Shown here in pieces: positions 20,886 to 29,661 of a DNA stretch of 62,727 nucleotides; position 1 is the stretch's first letter, and each line of letters begins with the position of its first letter. The DNA comes from Polyangiales bacterium (GTDB lineage: Bacteria; Myxococcota_A; Polyangia; Polyangiales; Polyangiaceae). The translations under genes were made by a program, and so were the position numbers. The notes beneath the pieces were generated by a model. It was given only the letters and a program-made list of their open reading frames with translations. It did not search any database and was not told the DNA's origin. Where the stretch lies: contig JBBRNJ010000055.1 in the NCBI GenBank assembly GCA_038230375.1, forward strand, positions 1 through 62,727, in the 5' to 3' direction.

Positions 20886-21473
20886 ATGAAGAAACTTCCA
20901 TTGCTCCTGTCGGCCCTGTTCTTTGGCGGTGTTGCGATGGTCGGCTGCGGCGGTAACGAGGTCGTTCGCGGCCCGGCATCCGACTCCGCTGCCCTCTCCA
21001 CCAGCATCGACAAGGAAGACATCCAGCGGATGCTTTCCGAGAACCTGAACAACCTGCGCGCGGCCCCCATCATGAACACGTGGCGCACGGGGCCCAGGCC
21101 CAACGTCTCGGTGTTCCCGTTCCAGAACAGCACATCGGAGCACATCGACTCCCAGCTCGACGCGATCCTGGGTGAGGCGGAGACGTGGCTCATCGACTCG
21201 CAGGTCGTGGAGCTCATCGCGCGCGATCGTCAGGGCGAGATGATCAACGAGGTGAAGACGCAGCACACCGACGCGTTCGATCCCAGCACCGTCGCGAAGT
21301 ACGGCAAGCAGATGGGCATCAAGTACGCGCTCACCGGCAAGGTGCAGGCGAACGACGAGCGCTCCGAGGACATGCGCCGCGTGCAGTACTTCTTCTTCAT
21401 GCGCATCATCGACGTGGAGACCTCCGCGATCAAATGGCAGCACAAGGCCTACGTCACGAAGGCCATCAAGTAG
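20886..21473 (+). CDS. LpoB/CsgG-like lipoprotein
   Basis: Lipobox MVGC; FQNSTSEHID; GKQMGIKYALTG; IIDVETSAIKW. Confidence 0.75.
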   Translation: MKKLPLLLSALFFGGVAMVGCGGNEVVRGPASDSAALSTSIDKEDIQRMLSENLNNLRAAPIMNTWRTGPRPNVSVFPFQNSTSEHIDSQLDAILGEAETWLIDSQVVELIARDRQGEMINEVKTQHTDAFDPSTVAKYGKQMGIKYALTGKVQANDERSEDMRRVQYFFFMRIIDVETSAIKWQHKAYVTKAIK

Positions 21474-21477
21474 AAAT

Positions 21478-22836
21478 ATGCGGCAGCTGTCTCTCGCCTC
21501 TCGCGCGCTCTTTTTCGCGATCGCGTGCGGCAGCCTCTGGATCTCCGGGTGCGCCGGGCACGAGGCGCGCACCGCGAACATGAGGACCGCGCTCGACGTG
21601 GGCGACGCGAAGGGCGCCATTGCGTCGCTGAACCAGGAGCTGGACGTCAAGTCGGACAAGGACCTGCCGGCAAAGCTGGAAGGTGACAACGCGCTGCTCG
21701 TGCTGGACCGCGCGAGCGTGCAGCAGTCCATCGCCGCGTTCGATCTCTCGAAGCACGATTTCGAGGCGTCCGACAAGGCGATCGACATGCTCGACCTGGC
21801 GCACAACGCGAGCGACTCGATCGGCAAGTACATCTATTCGGACTCCTCGGGCCGCTACCAGGCGCCGCCGTACGAGAAGCTCCTCATCAACACGCTGAAC
21901 ATCGTCAACTACCTGGAGACGCACGATCTGGGCGGCGCGCTGGTCGAGGCGCGACGCCTCTCCGTGATGCAGAAGTATTTCAGGGACTCGCTCGGCGAAG
22001 GTGACAACGCCATCCTTGGCATCGGCTCGTTGCTGGCTGGGTTCGCGTTCGAGAAGAACGGCGACACGGACGAGGCGCTCCGTTACTACGACGAGGCTCT
22101 GCGCTTCTCCGGAAAGATGTCGCTCGCAGAGCCCGTGCGCAGACTGCTTGCGCAGAGCAGCTACACGAGCCCGCGCCTCAAGGAGGCCGCGGCGGCCGCT
22201 GGCGACGACAAGGTGGACACGGAGAACACGGCGGAGATCCTCTTCGTCGTTGGCTACGGGCGCGTGCCGCACAAGGTCCCCGAGCGCATTCCGATCGGCC
22301 TGGCGCTCACGCTCGTCGCGGGAGACATCAGCGCGGGCGATCGCGCGATGGCGCTCCAGCTGGAGGCGCAGGGCCTGGTCACATGGGTGAACTTTCCGTC
22401 GCTCGCTCCTTCACGCGGCGAGGGCGCCACGCCCGTGTGCCGCCTCGACGGTGGGTTCTTGCAGCTGGAGCAAGCCGTTGACGTTGCCGGTGAGGTCCGC
22501 AAGGAGTGGCACAAGATCGAGGGCAAGGTGATCCTCTCGGCGATCACCAGGCTCATCGCGCGCTTTGCGGTGGGCCAGGGCATCCAGGCCGCGGCGGGCA
22601 GGGACAGCGCGCTCGGCCTCATTGGCTCGCTCGCAACGCAGGCCACGCTCACGGCGCTCGATACGCCAGACACACGCAGCTGGGAGACCCTGCCCGCGCA
22701 GATCGCGGTCGCGCGCGTGCGCGTCCCCGCAGGCAAGCACACCATCGACCTTGAGTCGCGGGGGTGGACCCGCCGGCAGGAGCTCGATCTGAAGCCAAAG
22801 GGCTGGGCCGTGGTCTCGCTCTGGGGTCTGCGCTGA
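21478..22836 (+). CDS. COG3014-like TPR lipoprotein
   Basis: Lipobox ISGC; YQAPPYEKLLIN, ALVEARR, PDTRSWETLP; follows LpoB-like gene. Confidence 0.72.
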   Translation: MRQLSLASRALFFAIACGSLWISGCAGHEARTANMRTALDVGDAKGAIASLNQELDVKSDKDLPAKLEGDNALLVLDRASVQQSIAAFDLSKHDFEASDKAIDMLDLAHNASDSIGKYIYSDSSGRYQAPPYEKLLINTLNIVNYLETHDLGGALVEARRLSVMQKYFRDSLGEGDNAILGIGSLLAGFAFEKNGDTDEALRYYDEALRFSGKMSLAEPVRRLLAQSSYTSPRLKEAAAAAGDDKVDTENTAEILFVVGYGRVPHKVPERIPIGLALTLVAGDISAGDRAMALQLEAQGLVTWVNFPSLAPSRGEGATPVCRLDGGFLQLEQAVDVAGEVRKEWHKIEGKVILSAITRLIARFAVGQGIQAAAGRDSALGLIGSLATQATLTALDTPDTRSWETLPAQIAVARVRVPAGKHTIDLESRGWTRRQELDLKPKGWAVVSLWGLR

Positions 22837-22913
22837 GGACAAGACCCTTCGTGATCTCTGCGCGAAGCGCGTGAGCGGGCAAAACTTGTGAGGGGGTCGC
22901 GCGTCCATGAGGG

Positions 22914-23312
22914 ATGCACCTCCGCATCCTGAACCCGTGTCCGATGAAGTGGGATGAGCTCACGGGTGACGGCGCCCTCCGCGCCTGCGAGAAGTGCCAC
23001 AAGAACGTGACCGATCTGACGGGGCGGAGCGAGGAGAGCGCGCTCGCCTACGTCCGCGCGGCCCAAGCGCGTGGTCAGCGGGTGTGTGGGCGCGCAGAGG
23101 TGCGGGAGGGGAGATTGGTATTCGTCGCGGCCGCCGCTGTGCTGCTGGCCGGGGTGGCGAGCGTTGCTGGATGCTCCGCAGAGCCGGGCGGTCCGGGTGC
23201 GACCGGAGAAGAGCAGACGCCATCGTCGCCGGCAGCTGCGTCCACCCCCACGCCTGAGTGCGAGGGCGGCGCGTGCGACTACATGTTGGGTGACGTCCAG
23301 CTCGTGCAGTGA
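22914..23312 (+). CDS. Small protein with N-terminal Cys motif (PCPxxW...CxxC...C) and an internal TM/lipobox-like segment
   Basis: PCPMKWDEL..RACEKCHKNVTDLT..VCGR, then hydrophobic helix ending VAGC. Confidence 0.65.
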   Translation: MHLRILNPCPMKWDELTGDGALRACEKCHKNVTDLTGRSEESALAYVRAAQARGQRVCGRAEVREGRLVFVAAAAVLLAGVASVAGCSAEPGGPGATGEEQTPSSPAAASTPTPECEGGACDYMLGDVQLVQ

Positions 23313-23313
23313 C

Positions 23314-24081
23314 CTACCGCTTTGGCGCGCGGCGGTCGCGTCTTGCGTCGGGTTGCTTCGCCTCGGCTCGATGGCCCACCGTTCGCGTGGTGTCTCGTGG
23401 CTTCTTCGGTTCGCTCAGCTGACCCACGAAGAGCGTGTAGGCGCGGCCTCCGCGCCCGTGCTCGGACACGCGCTCCTCACGCGTCATGAACCCCGCGGAC
23501 TTCATGCGCGACATGAACCGCGCATCTGGACCACCCGACCACACCACGAGCACGCCCCTCGGCGTGAGCGCGGTCTTCGCGATCGCGACTCCGCGCTCGG
23601 AGTAGAGCTGGGCGTTCTTCGTGCGCACCAGCGTGGTGGGCGCATTGTCGATGTCGAGCAGCAGCGCATCGAAGCGGCCCACGGAGCGGCGCATCACCTC
23701 GACGGCGTCATCCGTCACCACGGTCACGCGCTTGTCCTTCAGCGTGTTACCCGCCAGATGCGCGAGCGGCCCCTTCACCCACGTCACCACCTGGGGCACC
23801 AGCTCCGCGACGACCACGTCCACGCCCTTGGGAAACGCATCCAGCGTGGCGCGCAACGTGTAGCCCAGCCCGAGACCACCGATGAACACGCGCGGGCGCT
23901 CCACCTTGCTCCCGACTGCCTCTGCCGCGAGCACCGCCATCTTCTCCTCGGACGAGTGCGCGCGCGAGGCCATGAGCTCCGCGCCGTTCATGCGGATCGC
24001 GAACTCCTCGCCGCGCCGCACGAGGGTCAGCTCACCACCACCAGGAACGGCCGCGCGATCGAGGGTCTGCCAGGGAATCAC
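23314..24081 (-). CDS. Spermidine synthase-like SAM-dependent transferase
   Basis: ELMASRAHSSEE, IGGLGLGYT, AELVP, LLDIDN; GTGA overlap with upstream stop. Confidence 0.8.
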   Translation of the reverse strand: MIPWQTLDRAAVPGGGELTLVRRGEEFAIRMNGAELMASRAHSSEEKMAVLAAEAVGSKVERPRVFIGGLGLGYTLRATLDAFPKGVDVVVAELVPQVVTWVKGPLAHLAGNTLKDKRVTVVTDDAVEVMRRSVGRFDALLLDIDNAPTTLVRTKNAQLYSERGVAIAKTALTPRGVLVVWSGGPDARFMSRMKSAGFMTREERVSEHGRGGRAYTLFVGQLSEPKKPRDTTRTVGHRAEAKQPDARRDRRAPKR

Positions 24082-24326
24082 GCCGCCCGGCTTAGCATCC
24101 GGGAGCACAGGTGCGCCATGACCCAGCCCGGCACCGCCAGAAACAGCGAAAGCCGCACCAGAAGGAGCGCCGCCATCGCCGCGATCGCCGGGGCCTTCGC
24201 CAGTGATCCGGCGCCCAGCACCACCAGGGCTGCATCGCCGCGCCCGCACACCTCTGAGAGCGCAACGTGGAGGAGCGTCAGGACGATGACTGTAATGTAC
24301 ACGCGTTTCGGCAGGAGATTCTTCAC
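24078..24326 (-). CDS. Small hydrophobic membrane protein
   Basis: 82 aa, 2-3 hydrophobic segments, 4-nt overlaps with both neighbours. Confidence 0.65.
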   Translation of the reverse strand: MKNLLPKRVYITVIVLTLLHVALSEVCGRGDAALVVLGAGSLAKAPAIAAMAALLLVRLSLFLAVPGWVMAHLCSRMLSRAA

Positions 24327-25531
24327 GAGCGGCCTCCATGGGCGGTGAGCATGGCGAACATGATGGCGTCGCCCACGGGCCCCCCGGAGACGAAGTGCCT
24401 GGCTCCCCCGCCGTCGCGCGGCGCGCCGAAGACATGCGCGGTGGCGTAGAGCGCGCGGAAGCGGGACTCGTCCTTGGCGATGCGCGCGCCGGAGAGCGAG
24501 AAGCCCGTGGCCGTCACGCCGTAGCCCAGGAGCACGGGGCCCGAGTCGATGTCGCCGTCGCCCTCGGCCCCACGCGGGTACTCACGCACCAGGCCGAACC
24601 CGCCGTGCACGTCCGTGTTGCGAGCGACCGCTTGATCGAGCTCCTTCGCGCGGCGCTCGTCCGCGAACGACATGAAGTACGCCGCCAGCGCGGTGCCCGA
24701 GGCACGCGGTGCATCCACCGGTTCGCCGGTTCCGGTTGCTACGCGCTGGTAGAGCATGCCCGAGAACGGATCCGTGTATTTTGCATCCAGTGCAGCAAAG
24801 ACCTTCGCGAGCACGCGCTTGTGATCCTTCTGCGTGGCCCGATCGTAGAGGCCGATGGCCCCGAAGAGAGCCGTGTTGTCGATCGGGAAGATCTCCCCGT
24901 GGTACGACTCCACCAGGCCGAGCGGCGCGCGGTCCAGCCTGCGCACGAGCGACGCGGTGATGCGGTCGTTCAACGCCGCGTGCTTGTTGACCGGCCACAC
25001 GAAGCGCTCGAGCGAGAGGAGCAGGTCCAGATAGCCCAGGTACGCCGCGTGGCCGTGGTCGCTGTCGAGCGCTCCGATCGGGTCGGAGCCCCACGCCTCC
25101 ACCTCGAACGCCTTGGAGGCGGGCGTGAGGATCTGGTCCACGGCGGCCTCCACGAGCGGCTTGTACTCGTCGGCCTTCTCCGGGTGCTCCTCCGCCATCT
25201 GCGCAAACCCCATGCCCGCCATCATGTACGAGGCGAACATCCACTCGCCGTCGAAGCGACCCGACGACGTGCCGAAGCGACCACGCTGGAGCTTGCCGCC
25301 GCCGAGCCACTCCTTGCACCCCTCCGCGAGTGCGCTCTGCTGTTCCAGATCGCCGTCGAAGTAGCCAGGTGCATCACGGCCCGCGAACCGCCCGGGGAAG
25401 AACGCAGTCGTCACCACGAACGCCACGAAGGCCACCGTGCGCCGGACGCGCGGCGTCGACCATCGGGCACCGAGCCGAAGCAGCCGGCGAAACCGGATCT
25501 CGTGCAGAAGCGGAAGCGGCGTCGATTGCAT
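24323..25531 (-). CDS. Membrane-anchored helical protein resembling the linalool dehydratase/isomerase-like family
   Basis: N-terminal [39 protein letters not shown]; family recalled, not searched. Confidence 0.5.
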   Translation of the reverse strand: MQSTPLPLLHEIRFRRLLRLGARWSTPRVRRTVAFVAFVVTTAFFPGRFAGRDAPGYFDGDLEQQSALAEGCKEWLGGGKLQRGRFGTSSGRFDGEWMFASYMMAGMGFAQMAEEHPEKADEYKPLVEAAVDQILTPASKAFEVEAWGSDPIGALDSDHGHAAYLGYLDLLLSLERFVWPVNKHAALNDRITASLVRRLDRAPLGLVESYHGEIFPIDNTALFGAIGLYDRATQKDHKRVLAKVFAALDAKYTDPFSGMLYQRVATGTGEPVDAPRASGTALAAYFMSFADERRAKELDQAVARNTDVHGGFGLVREYPRGAEGDGDIDSGPVLLGYGVTATGFSLSGARIAKDESRFRALYATAHVFGAPRDGGGARHFVSGGPVGDAIMFAMLTAHGGRS

Positions 25532-25673
25532 GCCCTACTCATCCCTCACGCTGGCCACGAGTTCCACCGTGCTCCTGGCGAGCGGCCACGGACCGGCATC
25601 GAGCGGTCGAGATGCCACAGTGGCGCGCGGCCTCCAGGGCCTCGTTCTGCCCTGTTTGTGGTACGTAGCTCCC

Positions 25674-26516
25674 ATGCGGCAGTACCTGGATTTGCTCCAG
25701 CACATCTTGGACGACGGCGTCGCCCGCGACGACCGCACCGGCACCGGCACCATCGGCGTGTTCGGTCATCAGATGCGCTTCGATCTGCGCAAGGGCTTCC
25801 CGCTCGTCACCACGAAGAAGGTGCACCTGCGCTCGATCATCGTGGAGCTCTTGTGGTTCCTCTCCGGTGACACCAGCGCGACCTCGCTGCAGAAGCAGAA
25901 CGTCCGCATCTGGAACGACTGGTCCACCGCCGAGCAGACCGCGCGTTTCGGCCGCAAAGAGGGAGACCTGGGGCCCGTCTACGGTCATCAGTGGCGGAAC
26001 TTCGGCGCCACGAAGCAGGCAGACGGCACCTACGCGAACGACGGCGTCGACCAGATCAAGAACGTGCTCCGCCAGCTGCGCGAGACTCCCACCTCGCGCC
26101 GCATCATCGTGTCGGGGTGGCACCCCAAGGAAGCAGAGGAGGTCGCGCTGCCGCCCTGCCACACCATGTTCCAGTTCCACGTCGCAGAGGGTCGCCTCTC
26201 CTGTCAGCTCTATCAGCGGAGCGCGGACGTGTTCCTGGGCGTGCCCTTCAACATCGCGAGCTACGCGCTGCTCACCATGATGCTCGCGCAGGTCACCGGC
26301 CTCACCGCACACGAGTTCGTCCATACGTTCGGCGATGCGCACCTCTACAGGAACCACCTGGAGCAGGCGCGCCTCCAGCTCACGCGCGAGCCGCGCGCGC
26401 TCCCCGTGATGAAGCTCAACGCGGAGCGGAAGGATCTCTTCGCGTTCGAGCCCGGCGACTTCACGCTCGAAGGCTACGACCCGCACCCGCACATCGCCGC
26501 GGAGGTGTCGGTATGA
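25674..26516 (+). CDS. thyA: Thymidylate synthase
   Basis: [37 protein letters not shown]. Confidence 0.98.
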   Translation: MRQYLDLLQHILDDGVARDDRTGTGTIGVFGHQMRFDLRKGFPLVTTKKVHLRSIIVELLWFLSGDTSATSLQKQNVRIWNDWSTAEQTARFGRKEGDLGPVYGHQWRNFGATKQADGTYANDGVDQIKNVLRQLRETPTSRRIIVSGWHPKEAEEVALPPCHTMFQFHVAEGRLSCQLYQRSADVFLGVPFNIASYALLTMMLAQVTGLTAHEFVHTFGDAHLYRNHLEQARLQLTREPRALPVMKLNAERKDLFAFEPGDFTLEGYDPHPHIAAEVSV

Positions 26517-26992
26517 CGGTCTCCCTGATCTCGGCCATGTCGAAGAACCGCGTCATTGGCAAGGGCGGCACGCTGCCGTGGGATGTGCCGGAGGACATGA
26601 AGTTCTTCATGCGCACAACGCTGGGGCATGCTGTCATCATGGGTCGCAAGACGTACGACTCCATGGGCAAGCCGTTGCCCCGCCGGCGGAACATCGTCGT
26701 CACGCGCAGCGCCGACTTCCAGGCAGAAGGCACGGAGGTGGCGCGCACCGTGCAGGAGGCCATCGCGCTGGCGAAGACCACAGACCCAGAGCCGTTCGTG
26801 ATCGGTGGCGCGGAGATCTACAGGGCGGCGCTGCCTCTCGCCCAAAGAATGTACATTACATATATTCCCGTCGTGATCGATGCAGGTGACACCTTCTTCC
26901 CCGAGTTCGAGGCTGGGCCCAGCGCCTGGCGCGAGGTCGCTCGGCGTCGCGGAGAGACAGAAGGTGTGGAGTTCGTCACCTACGAGAGGTAG
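26513..26992 (+). CDS. folA: Dihydrofolate reductase
   Basis: [39 protein letters not shown] overlap with thyA. Confidence 0.97.
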   Translation: MTVSLISAMSKNRVIGKGGTLPWDVPEDMKFFMRTTLGHAVIMGRKTYDSMGKPLPRRRNIVVTRSADFQAEGTEVARTVQEAIALAKTTDPEPFVIGGAEIYRAALPLAQRMYITYIPVVIDAGDTFFPEFEAGPSAWREVARRRGETEGVEFVTYER

Positions 26993-26999
26993 AAACGCC

Positions 27000-27377
27000 G
27001 TGGTGAACGGAGCCCCGGGAAGTCGACATGGCGCAGCGTGGCTGCGCGGAGCCCTGTTCTCGAGCATGCTCGTGCTCGCCGGGTTTTCGGTTGCGGCATG
27101 TCGATCGAAGGATCCACCGAACCGTCCCGTGGATCTCTGTACCGACTCGTGCGCGAAGAAGGCCGTCCGCCAGTGCTCCGGGGACGAATGCAATCGCGGT
27201 TGCCAGTTCATCCTGGACCGCCTTGCGGAGGGGCAGGGCGAGAACGTGATCTCCTGCGTGGCCGCGCGCGAGACCCGCTGCGGGGATCCTGTCTGGGCAG
27301 ACTGCGCCGCGCGCATCGGGCTCCACGCGGATGGTGGGCCGCCTGCGCCGCCGCCCCCGACAGAAGAGTGGGAGTAG
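27000..27377 (+). CDS. Small Cys-rich lipoprotein
   Basis: Lipobox VAAC then 8 further Cys; start uncertain (27000/27003/27066). Confidence 0.65.
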   Translation: MVNGAPGSRHGAAWLRGALFSSMLVLAGFSVAACRSKDPPNRPVDLCTDSCAKKAVRQCSGDECNRGCQFILDRLAEGQGENVISCVAARETRCGDPVWADCAARIGLHADGGPPAPPPPTEEWE

Positions 27378-27383
27378 ACACGC

Positions 27384-28283
27384 ATGATCGTCAGGTTGAC
27401 GGACGACTACAATCGCGAGCTGACGTTCGGCACTGCACCCAAGCGCGTCGTTTCGCTTGTCCCGAGCGAGACGCTGACGCTGTTCGATCTGGGCTGCGGT
27501 GGCGCGATCGTTGGTCGCACCGACTATTGCGAGCTACCGGCGGACGGAGTCGCAACGATCCCCGCCATGGGTGGGACCAAGAATCCGCGCGTCGCCGACA
27601 TCATCGCGCTCGAGCCAGATCTGGTGATCGCGAACCAGGAAGAGAACACGAAGGGCGATCTCGAGAAGCTCGCGCAGGCAGGCGTGCGTGTCTTCATCTC
27701 GTTCCCACGCCGCGTGGCGGAGGGGATCGCGCACATGGGGCGCCTCGCGAAGATCTTCCACGTCACGGAAGACGCGGCCGTGAAGGAGCTCCTGCGTCGC
27801 GGCTACCACGCGATCCGTGAAGCCGAGGCGGCGCGCGACGAGCGGAACAAGGTCGGCGGGCCCGTTCGCGTGTTCTGTCCGATCTGGATGAAGCCGCTCA
27901 TGACCATCCACGGGGACACGTTCATCAGCGACATGATCGCGCTCTCGGGCGGCGTCAACGTCTTCGCCGATCGCGAGCGACGCTATCCGCTCGCCGCGGA
28001 CCTGGGCCGCCTCGCCCCGCTCGCCGCAGATGGCAAGGACACGCGCTATCCGCGCATCACCGACGAAGAGGTCATCGCGCGCGCGCCGGAGCTCGTACTC
28101 CTGCCGAACGAACCGCACCCCTTCACCGATGCCGACGCTGCCGTGTTTCGCGCCATGCCCATCCCGGCCGCCGCGCGCGGTGCCGTGGTCATGACGGACG
28201 GCAAGGATCTCTCCTGGTACGGCTCGCGAAGCGTGGACGGCATCGGACGCGTCCGCGCGCTTCTCTCGCAGAAACCAAGCTGA
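27384..28283 (+). CDS. Helical-backbone metal receptor (BtuF-like)
   Basis: RVVSLVPSET, GRTDYC, GGTKNP, PDLVIANQEEN. Confidence 0.82.
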   Translation: MIVRLTDDYNRELTFGTAPKRVVSLVPSETLTLFDLGCGGAIVGRTDYCELPADGVATIPAMGGTKNPRVADIIALEPDLVIANQEENTKGDLEKLAQAGVRVFISFPRRVAEGIAHMGRLAKIFHVTEDAAVKELLRRGYHAIREAEAARDERNKVGGPVRVFCPIWMKPLMTIHGDTFISDMIALSGGVNVFADRERRYPLAADLGRLAPLAADGKDTRYPRITDEEVIARAPELVLLPNEPHPFTDADAAVFRAMPIPAAARGAVVMTDGKDLSWYGSRSVDGIGRVRALLSQKPS

Positions 28284-28299
28284 GTCAGCCTTCAGGGAT

Positions 28300-29661
28300 T
28301 CAGGGGACGGTCTTGTGAATCACGATCGGATCGCCGAGCGGCCCCGGCCCGCTGCCCGTGAGCACCACGAACGTGACGTTGGCGCCGTCCGGCTCGTTCG
28401 ACTGGAACGACACGGAGCGAACGCCCACCGCATACGGGCTCACCAGCAGCGTGCCCACGTCGTCACCAGGCGCGACCACGGTGCCACGCGTCGCAGGTGG
28501 AGGCGTCGTGGGCAGGAACGTGTCGCCTGCGAGGCTCACGAGACCCGCGCTGGAGATCCATGTGGGCATCGCGTCCTGGCCGTTGGCGCCGGAGAGCACG
28601 ATGATGACTCCGCCCGCCTTGGTGAACTGAAGGAGCGCCGCCGCATCGTTCGCGCCGTCGATGGCGGCCTGCGCAAGCGGCAGTGCGCCTTGATCGTGCA
28701 CGAGGATGACGTCGAACTTCGCCTCGAGGCCCGGCACCGAGAGGTCGACCGCCTTGTTCGACACCGTGTACTTCACAGCGGCGCGTCCGCGCGCCACAGC
28801 GGACGCGTTGATGACGTTCTTGGCGGCCGTGACGGCGCCTGCGGTCGCATACTGTTCGTACGAGAGGAGACGTAGCGGGTTCGTCGAAGGGATGAACGTT
28901 GCGTTGGCGAGCAACCTGCCGGGCGTGGTGCTGACGATGGCGCCCGTGAAATCATGGCCGATCAGCACGATGTCGCCTGGTGTGGAGCCCTGGCAGATGC
29001 CCATGGTGCAGATGCCGGACGCGCACGACTTGCCGCACACGCCGCAGTTTGCCGGGTCGTTCTGGAGGTCGACGCACGTGCCGAGACACTCGTCGGGGAA
29101 CAGCGGATCCGTGCAGAACGGACCGCACGCAAATCCGCCGTCGGAGGGGGAGCACACGTGGTTCACGCCGACGCACTGGATGTTGCACGCGCCGCAGTGC
29201 GCCGCGGTGTTGAACGGGGGAACGCAGGCGTCACTGACATTGCCGTCGCCCGGGCTTCCGTCCAGCTGGCTGCCGTCGCCGCCCTGTCCGTCCGTGCTCT
29301 GACCGTCGCCGAGCTGCCCATCACCGAGCTGCCCATCACCGAGCTGCCCGTCACCAAGCGCGCCGTCGTTGGGCTTCTGGCCGTCAAGAGAGCCGTCGAT
29401 GGGCCCGCCGCAGACGCCGGTGCCACACGCGATCCCGTTCTTGCAGGAATTGCCGCATGCCCCGCAGTTGCCGATATCGGACGAGAGGTCGACGCACTCG
29501 CCGGGCGAGCACGCAGTGAGGTTCTGCCCGCACTCACCGCCGACAAGTGAGTTGGCCGCGTCGCACGCAACGAAGAGGAACACGAAGGCGAGCGCGAACC
29601 CGAACGCGAGTCCCGTCCGCAACGGTCGCCTGGTCTGCTTCACGGAGGGCGACTGCTTCAA
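28300..29661 (-). CDS. Cys-rich repeat lipoprotein with C-terminal globular domain
   Basis: Lipobox FVAC; CVDL..D..NCG.CG..C repeats; GDGQL repeats; Cys-free C-terminal half; TTG start overlaps upstream stop. Confidence 0.8.
   Translation of the reverse strand: MKQSPSVKQTRRPLRTGLAFGFALAFVFLFVACDAANSLVGGECGQNLTACSPGECVDLSSDIGNCGACGNSCKNGIACGTGVCGGPIDGSLDGQKPNDGALGDGQLGDGQLGDGQLGDGQSTDGQGGDGSQLDGSPGDGNVSDACVPPFNTAAHCGACNIQCVGVNHVCSPSDGGFACGPFCTDPLFPDECLGTCVDLQNDPANCGVCGKSCASGICTMGICQGSTPGDIVLIGHDFTGAIVSTTPGRLLANATFIPSTNPLRLLSYEQYATAGAVTAAKNVINASAVARGRAAVKYTVSNKAVDLSVPGLEAKFDVILVHDQGALPLAQAAIDGANDAAALLQFTKAGGVIIVLSGANGQDAMPTWISSAGLVSLAGDTFLPTTPPPATRGTVVAPGDDVGTLLVSPYAVGVRSVSFQSNEPDGANVTFVVLTGSGPGPLGDPIVIHKTVP
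29309..29355 (-). repeat. 15-bp tandem repeat x3 encoding GDGQL
   Basis: ccgagctgcccatca twice, then ccgagctgcccgtca. Confidence 0.85.

Noticed and set aside
25437..26992. Possible ThyA-DHFR fusion
   Set aside because: Two frames with a normal ATGA stop/start overlap
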